Shown here piece by piece: positions 1-10,847 of a stretch of 32,000 bases of DNA; position 1 is the stretch's first letter; every line of letters starts with the position of its first letter. The position numbers were made by a program, and so were the translations under genes. This DNA is from Burkholderia diffusa (lineage in GTDB: Bacteria; Pseudomonadota; Gammaproteobacteria; Burkholderiales; Burkholderiaceae), in the NCBI RefSeq assembly GCF_902499115.1, contig NZ_CABVPN010000001.1:261866-293865 (forward strand), in the 5' to 3' direction. The notes under the pieces are model-generated. The model did not search any database and was not told the origin of the DNA. It saw only the letters and a program-made list of their open reading frames with translations.

Positions 1-945
1 GACGACCGCCTCGACGACGCGCAGAAGCAGTTCGAGACGATGCGCAAGCTCGACTCGAAGGACCCGACGCCGCTGATGGCGCTCGCGCTGATCAAGATCC
101 AGCAGAAGAAGCTCGACGACGCGAGCGCGTACCTGAAACAGTACGTGCAGCTCGGCGACAAGCAGCCGAACCTCGACGTCGGCCAGGGCTACATCTACCT
201 CGCGCAGATTTCGATCGAACAGGGCAACGATGCGCAGGCGTCGCAATGGCTCGACAAGGTCGACCAGACGAGCCAGCACTACCTGCCCGCGCAGATCACG
301 CGCGCGCAGCTGCTGCAGAAACAGGGCAAGACCGACGAGGCACGCAAGGTGCTCGACGACCTGCCGATCAGCGATCCGCGCGATGCGGCCGTGGTCGCAC
401 GCACCGATGCGTCGATCCTGTTCACCGCGAAGCGCTATCCGGAAGCCGAGGCGCGACTCGCGCAGGCAGTCCAGGATTTCCCGGACGATCCCGACCTGCG
501 CTACGACTACGCGATGGCGGCCGAGAAGACCGGCCACTACGCGGCGATGGAAAAGCAGCTGCGCGAGCTGATCCGCACGCAGCCCGACAACCCGCAGGCG
601 TACAACGCGCTCGGCTATTCGCTGGCCGATCGCAACCAGCGCCTGCCCGAGGCCAGCAAGCTGATCGACAAGGCACTGTCGCTCGCGCCGAACGACGCGT
701 ACATCATGGACAGCCTCGGCTGGGTGAAGTACCGGATGGGCGACACGGCGGGCGCGACGAAGGTGCTGCGGCGCGCGTACGAGCTGCAGCCGAACGCCGA
801 GATCGGCGCGCACCTCGGCGAAGTGCTGTGGAAGAGCGGCGCGCAGGACGACGCGCGCGTCGCGTGGCGTGCCGCGCAGAAGCTCGAACCCGACAACGAC
901 ACGCTCGTGCAGACGCTCAAGCGCCTGCAGGTCAACGGCCTGTGA
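1..945 (+). CDS. TPR-repeat protein (5' end lies outside the window)
   Basis: Frame 1 is open from base 1, so the ORF-track Met at 40 is internal. Repeated helical TPR-like units, e.g. AYNALGYSLADRNQRLPEASKLIDKALSLAPNDAYIMDSLGWV. Stop TGA 943-945 overlaps the lolB ATG at 945. Confidence 0.7.
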   Translation, partial: DDRLDDAQKQFETMRKLDSKDPTPLMALALIKIQQKKLDDASAYLKQYVQLGDKQPNLDVGQGYIYLAQISIEQGNDAQASQWLDKVDQTSQHYLPAQITRAQLLQKQGKTDEARKVLDDLPISDPRDAAVVARTDASILFTAKRYPEAEARLAQAVQDFPDDPDLRYDYAMAAEKTGHYAAMEKQLRELIRTQPDNPQAYNALGYSLADRNQRLPEASKLIDKALSLAPNDAYIMDSLGWVKYRMGDTAGATKVLRRAYELQPNAEIGAHLGEVLWKSGAQDDARVAWRAAQKLEPDNDTLVQTLKRLQVNGL

Positions 946-1565
946 TGCGGATGTTCCCGATGCTTTCCCCGTCTTCCCGCGCGCTGCGCGCGCTTGCCGC
1001 GGCTGGCGCCGCGCTCGCGCTCGTCGGCTGCGCGAGCACGCCGCCGTCGGCAAATGCGCCGTCGGGCGCCGTGCTGCAGACGGCCGCGACACACGCGTAC
1101 CACGGCCGCTTCGCGGTGCAGTACAGCGACCGCCTCGGCCGACCACAGAACGTGTACGGCAACTTCGACTGGCAGGAGCACGGCGACGACGTGTCGCTCG
1201 AACTGCGCAGCCCGCTCGGCCAGACGCTCGCGGTCGTGAAATCGACGCCGCAGGCCGCATCGCTCGAACTGCCGAACCGCCAGCCGCAATACGCGACGGA
1301 CGTCGGCGAACTGATGCAGAACGCGCTCGGCTTCTCGCTGCCGCTGGCCGGTCTGCGCTATTGGCTGCTGCCGACGCCCGCGCCCGCGACGCCCGCGCAG
1401 ACGGTGCGCGACCCGGCGGACACGACGCACGTCAAGCAGATCCGCCAGGACGGCTGGACGATCGACTATCTCGCCTACGCGGACGCACCGGCGACGGGCG
1501 TCAAACGCGTCAACCTCGTGCGCGCGACGCCGCCGCTCGACATCAAGCTCGTGCTCGACCAGTAA
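945..1565 (+). CDS. lolB: Outer-membrane lipoprotein LolB
   Basis: In-frame ATG at 945 within ORF 246..1565. Signal peptide with lipobox (AAGAALALVGC ASTP). Conserved position between the TPR gene and ispE. Confidence 0.75.
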   Translation: MRMFPMLSPSSRALRALAAAGAALALVGCASTPPSANAPSGAVLQTAATHAYHGRFAVQYSDRLGRPQNVYGNFDWQEHGDDVSLELRSPLGQTLAVVKSTPQAASLELPNRQPQYATDVGELMQNALGFSLPLAGLRYWLLPTPAPATPAQTVRDPADTTHVKQIRQDGWTIDYLAYADAPATGVKRVNLVRATPPLDIKLVLDQ

Positions 1566-1592
1566 GCACGTGAACCTAGCCCCGACATACGC

Positions 1593-2474
1593 ATGACCGA
1601 TTCGACCCGCTCGCTGCGCAACTGCCTTGCGCCCGCGAAACTCAACCTGTTCCTGCACATCACCGGCCGTCGACCGAACGGCTATCACGATCTGCAGAGC
1701 GTGTTCCAGCTGCTGAACTGGGGCGATACGCTGCACTTCACACTGCGCGACGACGGTCGCGTCGCACGCGTCACCGACGTGCCGGGCGTGCCCGAGGAAA
1801 GCGATCTCGTCGTGCGCGCGGCTAACCTGCTGAAAACGCACACGGGCACCACGGCCGGCGTCGACATCGAGATCGACAAGCGCCTGCCGATGGGCGCGGG
1901 CCTCGGCGGCGGCAGCTCAGACGCGGCGACGACGCTGCTCGCGCTGAACCGCCTGTGGCAACTCGATCTGCCGCGCACGGAACTGCAGTCGCTCGCGGTG
2001 AAACTCGGCGCGGACGTCCCGTTTTTTGTTTTTGGAAAAAATGCGTTCGCAGAGGGTATCGGAGAAGAATTAGCTGAGGTAGAATTGCCGACTCGCTGGT
2101 TCTTGGTTGTGACGCCACGAGTTCATGTCCCCACCGCTGAAATTTTTTCAGATGAGTTGTTGACAAGAGATACGAAGCGCGTCACAATTACGGACTTTCT
2201 TGCACAGCAAAGCCGCGATGCGGGATGGCCAGACAGCTTCGGCCGGAACGACATGCAGCAAGTTGTGACAAGTAAGTACGCGGAAGTTGCGCAGGTGGTC
2301 AAATGGTTGTATGATGTGACCCCCGCGAGGATGACCGGCTCCGGAGCAAGCGTGTTTGCAGCGTTTCATAGCAGGCACGAGGCAGAAGCGGCGAAAGCCA
2401 AGCTGCCCACCAGTTGGAACGGTGCAGTTGCCGAGAGTCTGAACGAGCATCCGCTCTTCGCTTTCGCGTCATGA
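1593..2474 (+). CDS. ispE: 4-diphosphocytidyl-2-C-methyl-D-erythritol kinase
   Basis: 293-aa ORF. N-terminal [24 protein letters not shown] and the GHMP-kinase motif [14 protein letters not shown]. Confidence 0.9.
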   Translation: MTDSTRSLRNCLAPAKLNLFLHITGRRPNGYHDLQSVFQLLNWGDTLHFTLRDDGRVARVTDVPGVPEESDLVVRAANLLKTHTGTTAGVDIEIDKRLPMGAGLGGGSSDAATTLLALNRLWQLDLPRTELQSLAVKLGADVPFFVFGKNAFAEGIGEELAEVELPTRWFLVVTPRVHVPTAEIFSDELLTRDTKRVTITDFLAQQSRDAGWPDSFGRNDMQQVVTSKYAEVAQVVKWLYDVTPARMTGSGASVFAAFHSRHEAEAAKAKLPTSWNGAVAESLNEHPLFAFAS

Positions 2475-2527
2475 AGTTTTGCTTTATCGGATAGCCTACA
2501 AGTCCGGTGAAGTTATCAGTTGAGTGT

Positions 2528-2604
2528 AGGGGAGTCGCCAAGTTGGTCAAGGCACCGGATTTTGATTCCGGCATGCGAGGGTTCGAGTCCTTCCTCCCCT
2601 GCCA
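2528..2604 (+). tRNA. tRNA-Gln (anticodon UUG)
   Basis: 77 nt. Acceptor stem AGGGGAG/CTCCCCT, anticodon stem CCGGA/TCCGG with loop TTTTGAT (TTG), T-arm GAGGG-TTCGAGT-CCTTC, encoded CCA end. Folded by hand. Confidence 0.85.
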
Positions 2605-2648
2605 AAAATTTTCCCGCATTTCCCGCCTAAGCCTGAAGCAGGTGCACG

Positions 2649-3611
2649 ATGAGCAGCCACAGCCATGATGGCTTGATGGTCTTTACTGGCAACGCGAATC
2701 CCGCGCTCGCCCAGGAAGTCGTCAATATCCTTGGAATCCCCCTCGGCAAAGCAATGGTCAGCCGTTTCTCCGACGGCGAGATCCAGGTCGAGATCCAGGA
2801 AAACGTGCGCGGCAAGGACGTCTTCGTCCTGCAATCCACGTGCGCGCCCACGAACGACAACCTGATGGAACTGATGATCATGGTCGACGCGCTCAAGCGT
2901 GCGTCCGCCGGCCGGATCACTGCCGCCATCCCCTACTTCGGCTATGCCCGCCAGGACCGTCGCCCGCGCTCGGCGCGCGTCGCGATCTCGGCGAAGGTCA
3001 TCGCGAACATGCTGGAAATCGCCGGCGTCGAGCGGATCATCACGATGGATCTGCACGCCGATCAGATTCAAGGCTTCTTCGACATCCCGGTCGACAACAT
3101 CTACGCAACGCCGATCCTGCTGGGCGACCTGCGCAAGCAGAACTACTCGGATCTGCTCGTCGTGTCGCCGGACGTCGGCGGCGTGGTCCGTGCCCGGGCA
3201 CTCGCGAAGCAGCTCAACTGCGATCTCGCGATCATCGACAAGCGTCGTCCGAAGGCGAACGTCGCCGAAGTGATGAACATCATCGGTGAAGTCGAAGGCC
3301 GCACCTGCGTGATCATGGACGACATGGTCGATACGGCAGGCACGCTCTGCAAGGCAGCGCAAGTGCTGAAGGATCGCGGTGCGAAGCAGGTGTTCGCGTA
3401 CGCGACGCACCCGGTTCTGTCGGGCGGCGCCGCCGACCGCATCGCCGCATCGGCACTCGACGAGCTGGTCGTCACCGATACGATCCCGCTGTCGGCCGAA
3501 TCGCTGGCGTGCTCGAAGATCCGCTCACTGACGAGCGCGAGCCTGCTGGCCGAAACGTTCTCGCGGATTCGCCGCGGCGACTCGGTGATGTCGCTGTTCG
3601 CGGAATCCTGA
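2649..3611 (+). CDS. prs: Ribose-phosphate pyrophosphokinase
   Basis: 320-aa ORF with [34 protein letters not shown] and the PRPP-binding loop [12 protein letters not shown]. Confidence 0.95.
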   Translation: MSSHSHDGLMVFTGNANPALAQEVVNILGIPLGKAMVSRFSDGEIQVEIQENVRGKDVFVLQSTCAPTNDNLMELMIMVDALKRASAGRITAAIPYFGYARQDRRPRSARVAISAKVIANMLEIAGVERIITMDLHADQIQGFFDIPVDNIYATPILLGDLRKQNYSDLLVVSPDVGGVVRARALAKQLNCDLAIIDKRRPKANVAEVMNIIGEVEGRTCVIMDDMVDTAGTLCKAAQVLKDRGAKQVFAYATHPVLSGGAADRIAASALDELVVTDTIPLSAESLACSKIRSLTSASLLAETFSRIRRGDSVMSLFAES

Positions 3612-3641
3612 TCGCGGAACGACACGACATAGCATGCGCGG

Positions 3642-3669
3642 AAAGCGAAGCGGCAACGCTTCGCTTTTT
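3642..3669 (+). terminator. Rho-independent terminator after prs
   Basis: AAAGCGAAGCG-GCAA-CGCTTCGCTTTTT hairpin followed by a T-run, 30 nt after the prs stop. Confidence 0.5.
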
Positions 3670-3773
3670 GCACAATCGGACGGGATAGACGAAGCCACGT
3701 CCGTTTCATCGGGGGCCGCCATTTCGCCGGCCCCGTTTTACTGCCTGGTCGCGGGCAGCTAATGGAGAATCAC

Positions 3774-4382
3774 ATGAAAGTCGTCGCTTTCGAGCGCCAA
3801 CAGCAAGGTACGGGTGCGAGCCGCCGCCTGCGCAACGCCGGTAAGACCACGGGTATCGTCTACGGTGGCGAAGCAGCCCCGCAAAAGATCGAACTCGATC
3901 ACAACGCGCTGTGGCACGCACTGAAGAAGGAAGCCTTCCACTCGTCGATCCTCGACCTCGAAGTGGCTGGCCAGTCGCAACAGGTTCTGCTGCGCGACGT
4001 GCAATACCACCCGTTCAAGCAACTCGTGCTGCACGTGGACTTCCAGCGCGTCGACGCGAAGAAGAAGCTGCACACGAAGGTGCCGCTGCACTTCCTGAAC
4101 GCTGAAGTCAGCCCGGCAGTGAAGCTGTCGAGCGCAATCGTCTCGCACGTCACGACGGAAATCGAAGTCGAGTGCCTGCCGTCGGCTCTGCCGGAATTCC
4201 TGGAAGTCGATCTGTCGAAGATCGAAGCAGGTCAGTCGCTGCACGCGAAGGACATCGCACTGCCGAAGGGCGTGACGCTGGTCGCGCACGTCGACGCGGA
4301 AAACCCGGTTGTCGCATCGGCGACGGTCCCGGCTGGTGCCGTGTCGGACGCAGCAGGCGAAGGCGAAACGCCGGCTGCCTAA
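3774..4382 (+). CDS. rplY: 50S ribosomal protein L25 / general stress protein Ctc
   Basis: ATG at 3774 preceded by GGAGA (the ORF-track start at 3762 is probably too early). [32 protein letters not shown] is a typical L25 N-terminus. Acidic, Ala-rich tail. Confidence 0.9.
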   Translation: MKVVAFERQQQGTGASRRLRNAGKTTGIVYGGEAAPQKIELDHNALWHALKKEAFHSSILDLEVAGQSQQVLLRDVQYHPFKQLVLHVDFQRVDAKKKLHTKVPLHFLNAEVSPAVKLSSAIVSHVTTEIEVECLPSALPEFLEVDLSKIEAGQSLHAKDIALPKGVTLVAHVDAENPVVASATVPAGAVSDAAGEGETPAA

Positions 4383-4430
4383 ACGGCCGCCTACGCGCCC
4401 GTTCGATCCGTTTCAAGAAACGGTCGACAC

Positions 4431-4466
4431 AACCCGCCGCGGCTTGCCCGGCGGGTTTTTCTTTTT
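4431..4466 (+). terminator. Hairpin plus T-run after rplY
   Basis: AACCCGCCG...CGGCGGGTTTTTCTTTTT, about 50 nt after the rplY stop. Confidence 0.45.
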
Positions 4467-4502
4467 CTGCGCCCAGGCGGGCGCTGCCGCCTACGAAACG
4501 TC

Positions 4503-5102
4503 ATGATCAAACTGATCGTCGGCCTCGGCAATCCCGGGGCAGAATATACTGCGACGCGCCACAACGCCGGCTTCTGGCTGATCGACCAGCTCGCCCGCGA
4601 AGCAGGCGCGACGCTGCGCGACGAGCGCCGCTTCCATGGCTTCTATGCGAAGGCGCGCCTGCACGGCGAGGAAGTCCACCTGCTCGAGCCGCAAACCTAC
4701 ATGAACCGCTCCGGCCAGTCGGTCGTCGCGCTCGCGAGCTTCTTCAAGATCCTGCCCGACCAGATCCTCGTCGCACACGACGAACTCGATCTGCCGCCCG
4801 GCACGGTGAAGCTGAAGCTCGGCGGCGGCAGCGGCGGTCACAACGGCCTGAAGGACATCACCGCGCATCTGTCGTCGCAGCAGTACTGGCGCCTGCGCAT
4901 CGGCATCGGCCATCCGCGCGACCTGATCCCGGAAGGCGCGCGCGCCGGCGCGAAGCCCGACGTCGCGAACTTCGTGCTGAAGCCGCCGCGCCGCGAAGAG
5001 CAGGACGTGATCGACGCATCGATCGAGCGTGCGCTCGCCGTCATGCCGATGGTCGTCAAGGGCGAACTCGACCGCGCGACGATGCAGTTGCATCGCAACT
5101 GA
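4503..5102 (+). CDS. pth: Peptidyl-tRNA hydrolase
   Basis: 199 aa. [24 protein letters not shown] and GGHNGLKDI motifs. Confidence 0.95.
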   Translation: MIKLIVGLGNPGAEYTATRHNAGFWLIDQLAREAGATLRDERRFHGFYAKARLHGEEVHLLEPQTYMNRSGQSVVALASFFKILPDQILVAHDELDLPPGTVKLKLGGGSGGHNGLKDITAHLSSQQYWRLRIGIGHPRDLIPEGARAGAKPDVANFVLKPPRREEQDVIDASIERALAVMPMVVKGELDRATMQLHRN

Positions 5103-5232
5103 CTGCGCACCGCACCGGCATGGTGCAACGTGCCGTCCGGCGCCGCCGGGCGGCGTCTCGGTCGTGCGCAATCGCGCACCGCCGCATCCACATGCGGTAA
5201 TCTGGTTGTTTTTGCCCGTCAGGAGCCAAGCG

Positions 5233-6300
5233 GTGAGCCGTTACTGGAGCGACATCGTTCAGCAACTCGTGCCTTACGTGCCGGGCGAACAGCCCGCGCT
5301 CGCACACCCCGTCAAGCTGAACACCAACGAGAATCCCTATCCGCCTTCGCCGCGCGTCGTCGCGGCGATCGCACGCGAACTCGGCGACACCGGCGACACG
5401 CTGCGCCGCTATCCCGACCCGCTCGCGCGCGCACTGCGCGAGACGGTCGCGGCCCATCATCGCATCAAGCCCGAGCAGGTCTTCGTCGGCAACGGCTCCG
5501 ACGAGGTGCTCGCGCACGCGTTCCAGGCACTGCTCAAGCATGACCGGCCGCTGCGCTTTCCCGATATTTCGTACAGCTTCTACCCGACCTACGCGCGCCT
5601 GTACGGTGTCGAGACCGCAATCGTGCCGCTCGCGGACGACTTCTCGATCCGTGTCGAAGACTATCTCGACGATGTGGGCGGCGTGCTGTTTCCGAACCCG
5701 AACGCGCCGACCGGGCGCGCGCTGCCGCTCGCGGACATTGAGCGGATTGCGGCCGCGAACCCGTCGTCGGTCGTGTTGATCGACGAGGCGTACGTCGATT
5801 TCGGCGCGCAATCCGCGATCACGCTGATCGACCGCCATCCGAACCTGCTCGTCGTGCACACGACGTCAAAGGCGCGCTCGCTCGCAGGCATGCGCGTCGG
5901 CTTCGCGTTCGGCGATGCGGCGTTGATCGACGCACTGAATCGTGTGAAGGACAGCTTCAATTCCTATCCGCTCGACCGGCTCGCGCAGGTCGCCGCGCAG
6001 GCGGCATACGAGGACACCGACTACTTCGGTGCGACCTGCCGACGCGTGATCGACAGCCGCGCGCGGCTCACGCACGCGCTGGAGGCACTCGGTTTCGACG
6101 TCGTGCCGTCGAGCGCGAATTTCGTGTTCGCGCGCCATCCCGCGCACGATGCGGGCACGATCGCGGCAAAGCTGAAGGATCGGGAAATTTTTGTACGGCA
6201 CTTCCGGGCGCCACGCATCGACCAGCATTTGCGCATCACCGTCGGCACCGACGCCGAATGCGACGCGCTCGTCGCGGCATTGCGCGACCTGATCGGCTGA
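5233..6300 (+). CDS. Histidinol-phosphate aminotransferase-like class II aminotransferase
   Basis: GTG at 5233 follows AGGAGCC; the longer ORF-track start at 5029 overlaps pth. [30 protein letters not shown], and PLP-lysine context [15 protein letters not shown]. Confidence 0.8.
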   Translation: MSRYWSDIVQQLVPYVPGEQPALAHPVKLNTNENPYPPSPRVVAAIARELGDTGDTLRRYPDPLARALRETVAAHHRIKPEQVFVGNGSDEVLAHAFQALLKHDRPLRFPDISYSFYPTYARLYGVETAIVPLADDFSIRVEDYLDDVGGVLFPNPNAPTGRALPLADIERIAAANPSSVVLIDEAYVDFGAQSAITLIDRHPNLLVVHTTSKARSLAGMRVGFAFGDAALIDALNRVKDSFNSYPLDRLAQVAAQAAYEDTDYFGATCRRVIDSRARLTHALEALGFDVVPSSANFVFARHPAHDAGTIAAKLKDREIFVRHFRAPRIDQHLRITVGTDAECDALVAALRDLIG

Positions 6301-6318
6301 AGCGAAGGGAGAAGTGGA

Positions 6319-6340
6319 ACCGGCGCCGAACGGCGCCGGT
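6319..6340. terminator. Bidirectional hairpin between convergent genes
   Basis: ACCGGCGCC-GAAC-GGCGCCGGT between the aminotransferase stop (6300) and the ferredoxin stop (6382). Confidence 0.4.
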
Positions 6341-6381
6341 CAGGGAATTCATGACGTTGCGACGCGCGCGTCACCACACGG

Positions 6382-6681
<300 letters not shown>

Positions 6682-6738
6682 TTATAGCTTTTCAGCCTTC
6701 CGCACGGTCGTGCTAAATTCCCCGAAATCCATGTTTTT

Positions 6739-6777
6739 GAGTTGCGGCTGAGTTGCACAGGTGTTGCAGATTTTGCA
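6739..6777 (+). repeat. Iterated GAGTTGCA-like octamers (putative integrase arm-type sites), left copy
   Basis: GAGTTGCG-gct-GAGTTGCA-cag-GTGTTGCA-ga-TTTTGCA, preceded by CCATGTTTTTG. The same CCATGTTTTTG and two GAGTTGCA units occur at 20115-20149. Confidence 0.5.
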
Positions 6778-6811
6778 GCGCGCAAAGTCGAGATAGCACG
6801 CCACGCCATGA

Positions 6812-7036
<225 letters not shown>

Positions 7037-7073
7037 TAGTATTTCCCCATATCAAAAAAAGCTACGGGGCTAT

Positions 7074-7982
7074 ATGGCTGGTTTTCGCTATTACAACGTG
7101 CAGTTGCTTCCCATCAACGTGCACGAGCGGGGCGACGTCGGGAAAAAAGGGTATCAAACGTTTTTCGCCGGTCTGAAACAACGCGTCGTCAAGGCGGTAC
7201 AGGATCGCCGAGTTGAGGCAATCGCATACGGCCTTCGGAGCGGCCTACTCTTTTCGGCCTTCACCGTTGAGCCCGCCGACGATTACGCTCGCGGCAAATT
7301 TCTGAAATTCGACGTTGCCGAATCGGTCATAGACATCTACACCAGCCAGACCGTGTTCACGGCTTCCCCTGGCGCGAGCGCTCACCCGACGTACTTCCGG
7401 TTCGCCTTCGACTATGATCGGCACATCTTGGCAATCGAAGACACGCAGGGTCGGCTACCGTCGACTGGACAACTGATCAAGGCTTTATCGCATCTGCTTG
7501 AGCCGGTCCGATCTGACCTCTACCCAGAATACATTCTGACGATTGATCAGCTTACCGCAAGCGACGCCGTACAAAAAGTCTTTAAGGAAGCAAAGGGCTT
7601 CAGACGTGTTCACGTGACGGTCACGTTCGCAAATTCGGACAAATTCGTCCAGAGCTTGCAGAAAGAGCTTCGTGACAAGAATATCCATCAGGTTGAGCAT
7701 ATCGAAAAGGCGAGCAAGGGCAGCCTTATGGATTCACCAACCGAGTTCGGGAAATTCCTCTTGCAAATCGCTCAACGTTATGGGAACGCATCAATAAATT
7801 ACGTCGCGGGCCAAGGGAAAACCCTGAAACGAAAAATCTTTCGCATGAAGGATCACCCTGTTAGGCAAATCCTCAAGGAAGGAAAGAAGGAAACCGAACC
7901 TCAGTTCATCGATCGCGTATTCCAATCAATTCCCGGTGCCGAAAAGAAAGCCAGCGCGCCCGTAAACGACGCTCACGATTGA
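7074..7982 (+). CDS. Hypothetical soluble protein (302 aa), family not recognised
   Basis: ATG at 7074 is in frame with ORF 6753..7982. The upstream extension crosses the ferredoxin relic and a palindrome, so it is discounted. Protein-like composition, MAGFRYYNVQLLPINVHERG.... Stop 7980-7982 lies 8 nt before the next gene. Confidence 0.65.
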   Translation: MAGFRYYNVQLLPINVHERGDVGKKGYQTFFAGLKQRVVKAVQDRRVEAIAYGLRSGLLFSAFTVEPADDYARGKFLKFDVAESVIDIYTSQTVFTASPGASAHPTYFRFAFDYDRHILAIEDTQGRLPSTGQLIKALSHLLEPVRSDLYPEYILTIDQLTASDAVQKVFKEAKGFRRVHVTVTFANSDKFVQSLQKELRDKNIHQVEHIEKASKGSLMDSPTEFGKFLLQIAQRYGNASINYVAGQGKTLKRKIFRMKDHPVRQILKEGKKETEPQFIDRVFQSIPGAEKKASAPVNDAHD

Positions 7983-7990
7983 ACGCAAAA

Positions 7991-8614
7991 ATGTGGGACT
8001 CCATCCATCGATTTCTGTATGCGCTCTTGATCCGGGTTCCGATCTTGGGAGATGTCGTTCTCATCGTGAACGGTTACGCTTATGAGGGTGAGCACGACGC
8101 ACTGGTGAGATTCGCACCGCCAATGCACTGGTTTCGTCGAATTGTTCCGAAGCTCGTGCTATCTGGGCTTTTTGCAATTTGGATCACATGCAAGCTAACG
8201 TCGCACTTCAGCAAGCTCCCAGATCCGGCGACCAAGTTTACCGACATGCTAACTGGCATATTTCCCAATCTGCTTGGCTTCGGAATTGGGGTTTATGCGT
8301 TAATTTTCGCCCTACCCGAGTCTTTCTTTAAGTCTTTGCGAGGGGAGCGAAAAACAACGACGCAGACCGCTGGGCAGCCGAGTTCACCGCAAGCAAATTC
8401 CGAAACGCCTCCAAACATGATTAATGCGGATATGGCGTATCCGCTGGTCATGATAGCACTATCGATCGCTTTCGGTGCTTTCGTACAGTTCTTCATGACC
8501 ATTTTGAGCTTCTATGTCTCAGTGTGGCTGCTTTCATACTGCTTCGTCCTGATGCTTGAGCTGATCAGCCTAATTTACGTTTCCGCCTATAAGTCGATCA
8601 GTGACAAGCAGTGA
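7991..8614 (+). CDS. Hypothetical integral membrane protein (4-5 predicted TM helices)
   Basis: ATG at 7991; the track start at 7979 is TTG. Hydrophobic segments include LVLSGLFAIWITCKL, LLGFGIGVYALIFAL, YPLVMIALSIAFGAFVQFFMTIL and VSVWLLSYCFVLMLELISLIYV. A hydrophilic Q/S/T/P-rich loop separates them. Confidence 0.65.
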   Translation: MWDSIHRFLYALLIRVPILGDVVLIVNGYAYEGEHDALVRFAPPMHWFRRIVPKLVLSGLFAIWITCKLTSHFSKLPDPATKFTDMLTGIFPNLLGFGIGVYALIFALPESFFKSLRGERKTTTQTAGQPSSPQANSETPPNMINADMAYPLVMIALSIAFGAFVQFFMTILSFYVSVWLLSYCFVLMLELISLIYVSAYKSISDKQ

Positions 8615-8817
8615 AAAATGCGGCGAAACCGCGTCGTATGTGAATCCGCCACAAGTCCACGGAAGGTCTGTCAAACCAGCGCCTCGCTGCCTGCGACTGT
8701 CCATGTAATCGACATTTCCCCTACGGTTGGCCCAACGAGCCGCCAAGCGTTTCTCTAGCCGAATCGACACCAGCGCAGCCTCACGCTAAAGCAAAGCGCC
8801 AGAACGCCGTTAAATCG

Positions 8818-9513
8818 ATGCGGCAGCACGGCACGCGTCCTCCTCCGAAATTTCCTCAACATCTCATGATTGACACCGTACTTACACGCAAATTCGGCGA
8901 ACCTTTCCCAATCTTTGACTCGATCGAAGCGGCATCCGACGCAATCATAAAAGCGGCGTTTCGTCTCTACGTTGTGATGAACCCCAATCATTCGGCAGAC
9001 GATTTTCTAACGGAAATCCTCATACCTATAGCGCAGTCATCGCCTGAAAATCCCGCGCAGATCGAGGTTCGCGCATTCCAGAACCACTCGAAGCACTCAT
9101 TCATGATCTACATGCGGGCAATCTGCCATGCCTGCGCATACGTGCAGGCGGCGCGCAACGCTCACGAGGAAGGCCGCGACCGCGAAGGATGGTCCCATAT
9201 CGCCAACGCACACTATCTTCTGGGGTTCGCAGAGGGCGTTTTCGCGCTGGAACCTGCGCTGGTTGGTGTCATCTCGCGCCAAGGCAAGGCGGGCTCGACG
9301 GCGCGTAACGAAAAATATGACGCGTTGCGCCAATTCGCACGTGAGCTTGCTAAAAAGGGGGGCTACCCAAGCAAGCGTAATGCCGCGTTGTCCATCAAGC
9401 CGATGGTTCTAGCCAAAGCGAAAGCCGATGGAAAAGTAAATCTATCAGAAGCGCAGGCGGAACGCACCATTACCAAGTGGCTTGACGGTATGACGTTTGC
9501 CCGCAAACAGTGA
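8818..9513 (+). CDS. Hypothetical protein (start uncertain; alternative ATG at 8866)
   Basis: 231-aa ORF with protein-like composition. No recognisable motif. No convincing RBS at either candidate start. Confidence 0.5.
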   Translation: MRQHGTRPPPKFPQHLMIDTVLTRKFGEPFPIFDSIEAASDAIIKAAFRLYVVMNPNHSADDFLTEILIPIAQSSPENPAQIEVRAFQNHSKHSFMIYMRAICHACAYVQAARNAHEEGRDREGWSHIANAHYLLGFAEGVFALEPALVGVISRQGKAGSTARNEKYDALRQFARELAKKGGYPSKRNAALSIKPMVLAKAKADGKVNLSEAQAERTITKWLDGMTFARKQ

Positions 9514-9637
9514 ACCACTTACAGGCGAACGGTGTACGTGATGTAGAACACGGGATATTTTTTAAAGCCGCTCCGAAATAAAGTTTTCCTTGTCGATTAA
9601 CTGATCGACAATTATCTTAACTTTACAGGAGAATTTC

Positions 9638-10516
9638 ATGAACGCCTCCGCACAAATTTCGCGCATTACAAGTCGACGTAGACATAACCTCAAGGGCAAT
9701 CCCATGATTGCCCGCATCAAGATCGGCAGTCGCGATACACTGAACGTCAAGTGCAAAACGGAAAGTCGATCGCAAACGTCCGAGCCTCCCGAGCAACCAA
9801 CTACCAACAGCAAAAATTACGTCCGCCCCGCCTTTGATAAAGGCACTGTTCTACCGCAGTTTCGCGCCGCCCTTTCTGAAATTTCTGATCTCGGGAAGGA
9901 GATTACTGAAGTCGAGGAGGAATTTCGAACAAACATTCAGGATCGCGCTATTGCAGGGTTAGCGAAGATTCTTGAAGTACGCCGCGCATATTTCGATTCC
10001 GCCACCCCTGAGATCAGCAAAGTACTTCTCGACGATCTATATCAGCAGTGTAAAAACCATGGCCTCAAAGGTCGCACGATTAGAACGACCGAATTTCATC
10101 TTCTCTCGCGCTTGCTACGTAAATCGGATCGGAAACAGGCATCTGCCGACGCGAAAATCTTGATTCGAGCACACAACGAAGGACAATCGTCGGAGACTTT
10201 TCCTGAGTGGGTGAAGAAGCTTAATGGGCTAAACGCGATCAGAAAAGATATCGAATCTCACGAGAAGGGAAATCGCTCTAGTAAAGCTCGGAACGAGCTA
10301 GCTCATATCAAAAGGCAACTTTATGCGAGCGTGAAGAAAGGAACGGGATTTTGGTCTAGCCGCTTAGTCTTTCCATTTGATGGCCCACACGATACTTGGA
10401 CTGAATTGCTTCCGGAAGACAACTCATGGACAACGGTACTCGTCAAGAGAGAAGGGAATCAAGTGAAACTCTATGCTCTGCCGGCAGATGATAGTGATTC
10501 GCCGGCATCAACATAG
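9638..10516 (+). CDS. Hypothetical protein (292 aa)
   Basis: ATG preceded by CAGGAGAATTTC. Charged, helical-looking sequence with no recognisable motif. Confidence 0.6.
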   Translation: MNASAQISRITSRRRHNLKGNPMIARIKIGSRDTLNVKCKTESRSQTSEPPEQPTTNSKNYVRPAFDKGTVLPQFRAALSEISDLGKEITEVEEEFRTNIQDRAIAGLAKILEVRRAYFDSATPEISKVLLDDLYQQCKNHGLKGRTIRTTEFHLLSRLLRKSDRKQASADAKILIRAHNEGQSSETFPEWVKKLNGLNAIRKDIESHEKGNRSSKARNELAHIKRQLYASVKKGTGFWSSRLVFPFDGPHDTWTELLPEDNSWTTVLVKREGNQVKLYALPADDSDSPAST

Positions 10517-10584
10517 CCCACGTCGTGAAATTTTTAGGCTCCCCAGCTGATAATCGTCGGCGCCTTAAACTGAACTCATGCGGT

Positions 10585-10609
10585 GGAATGTCGGCCGGAC
10601 CGACATTCC
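10585..10609. repeat. Island palindrome copy a
   Basis: GGAATGTCGG-CCGGA-CCGACATTCC, with perfect 10-bp arms. Confidence 0.65.
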
Positions 10610-10847
10610 GAGCAACGACGAACATCGTCCACAACCGTGCCGGTGCTCGTTAAACAGAGAGGCGAACCGGGACGCCCGACTGCCCTGCTTTTCTTACGGA
10701 ACCGTTAGATTAGACCTTGGGGAGTAGCAAGCCAAAATCTCGTGCCTGCAAGCGACGCTCGCCGCTCTTGCGCTTGGCTCTGAATACGCTATACTTTTTA
10801 TATCGTTATAAATTTCATACCAGAACAGCCCTAATCCGGCCCACGCC

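Noticed and set aside
615-1841. Long antisense or out-of-frame ORFs throughout the high-GC backbone. Examples: 246-1565 upstream part, 615-1841, 2547-3410, 4172-5200, 5056-5859, 20637-21629, 21463-22944, 22002-24329, 23773-24879, 25730-26881, 26910-28148, 28357-29196, 29918-31435, 30322-31527.
   Set aside because: Their Arg/Ala/Pro/Gly-rich, low-complexity translations are typical of shadow frames in ~67% GC DNA. Each overlaps a gene with clear family motifs in another frame.
2528-2604. tRNA-Gln as a possible island integration site.
   Set aside because: No partial tRNA duplication or low-GC DNA adjoins it. prs follows directly in ordinary backbone context.
7074-8614. Calling this pair Kiwa (membrane KwaA plus soluble KwaB) or a DUF4747-type protein.
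   Set aside because: The gene order is the reverse of Kiwa as I remember it. I cannot recall diagnostic motifs well enough to assert either family without an HMM search, so it stays unassigned.
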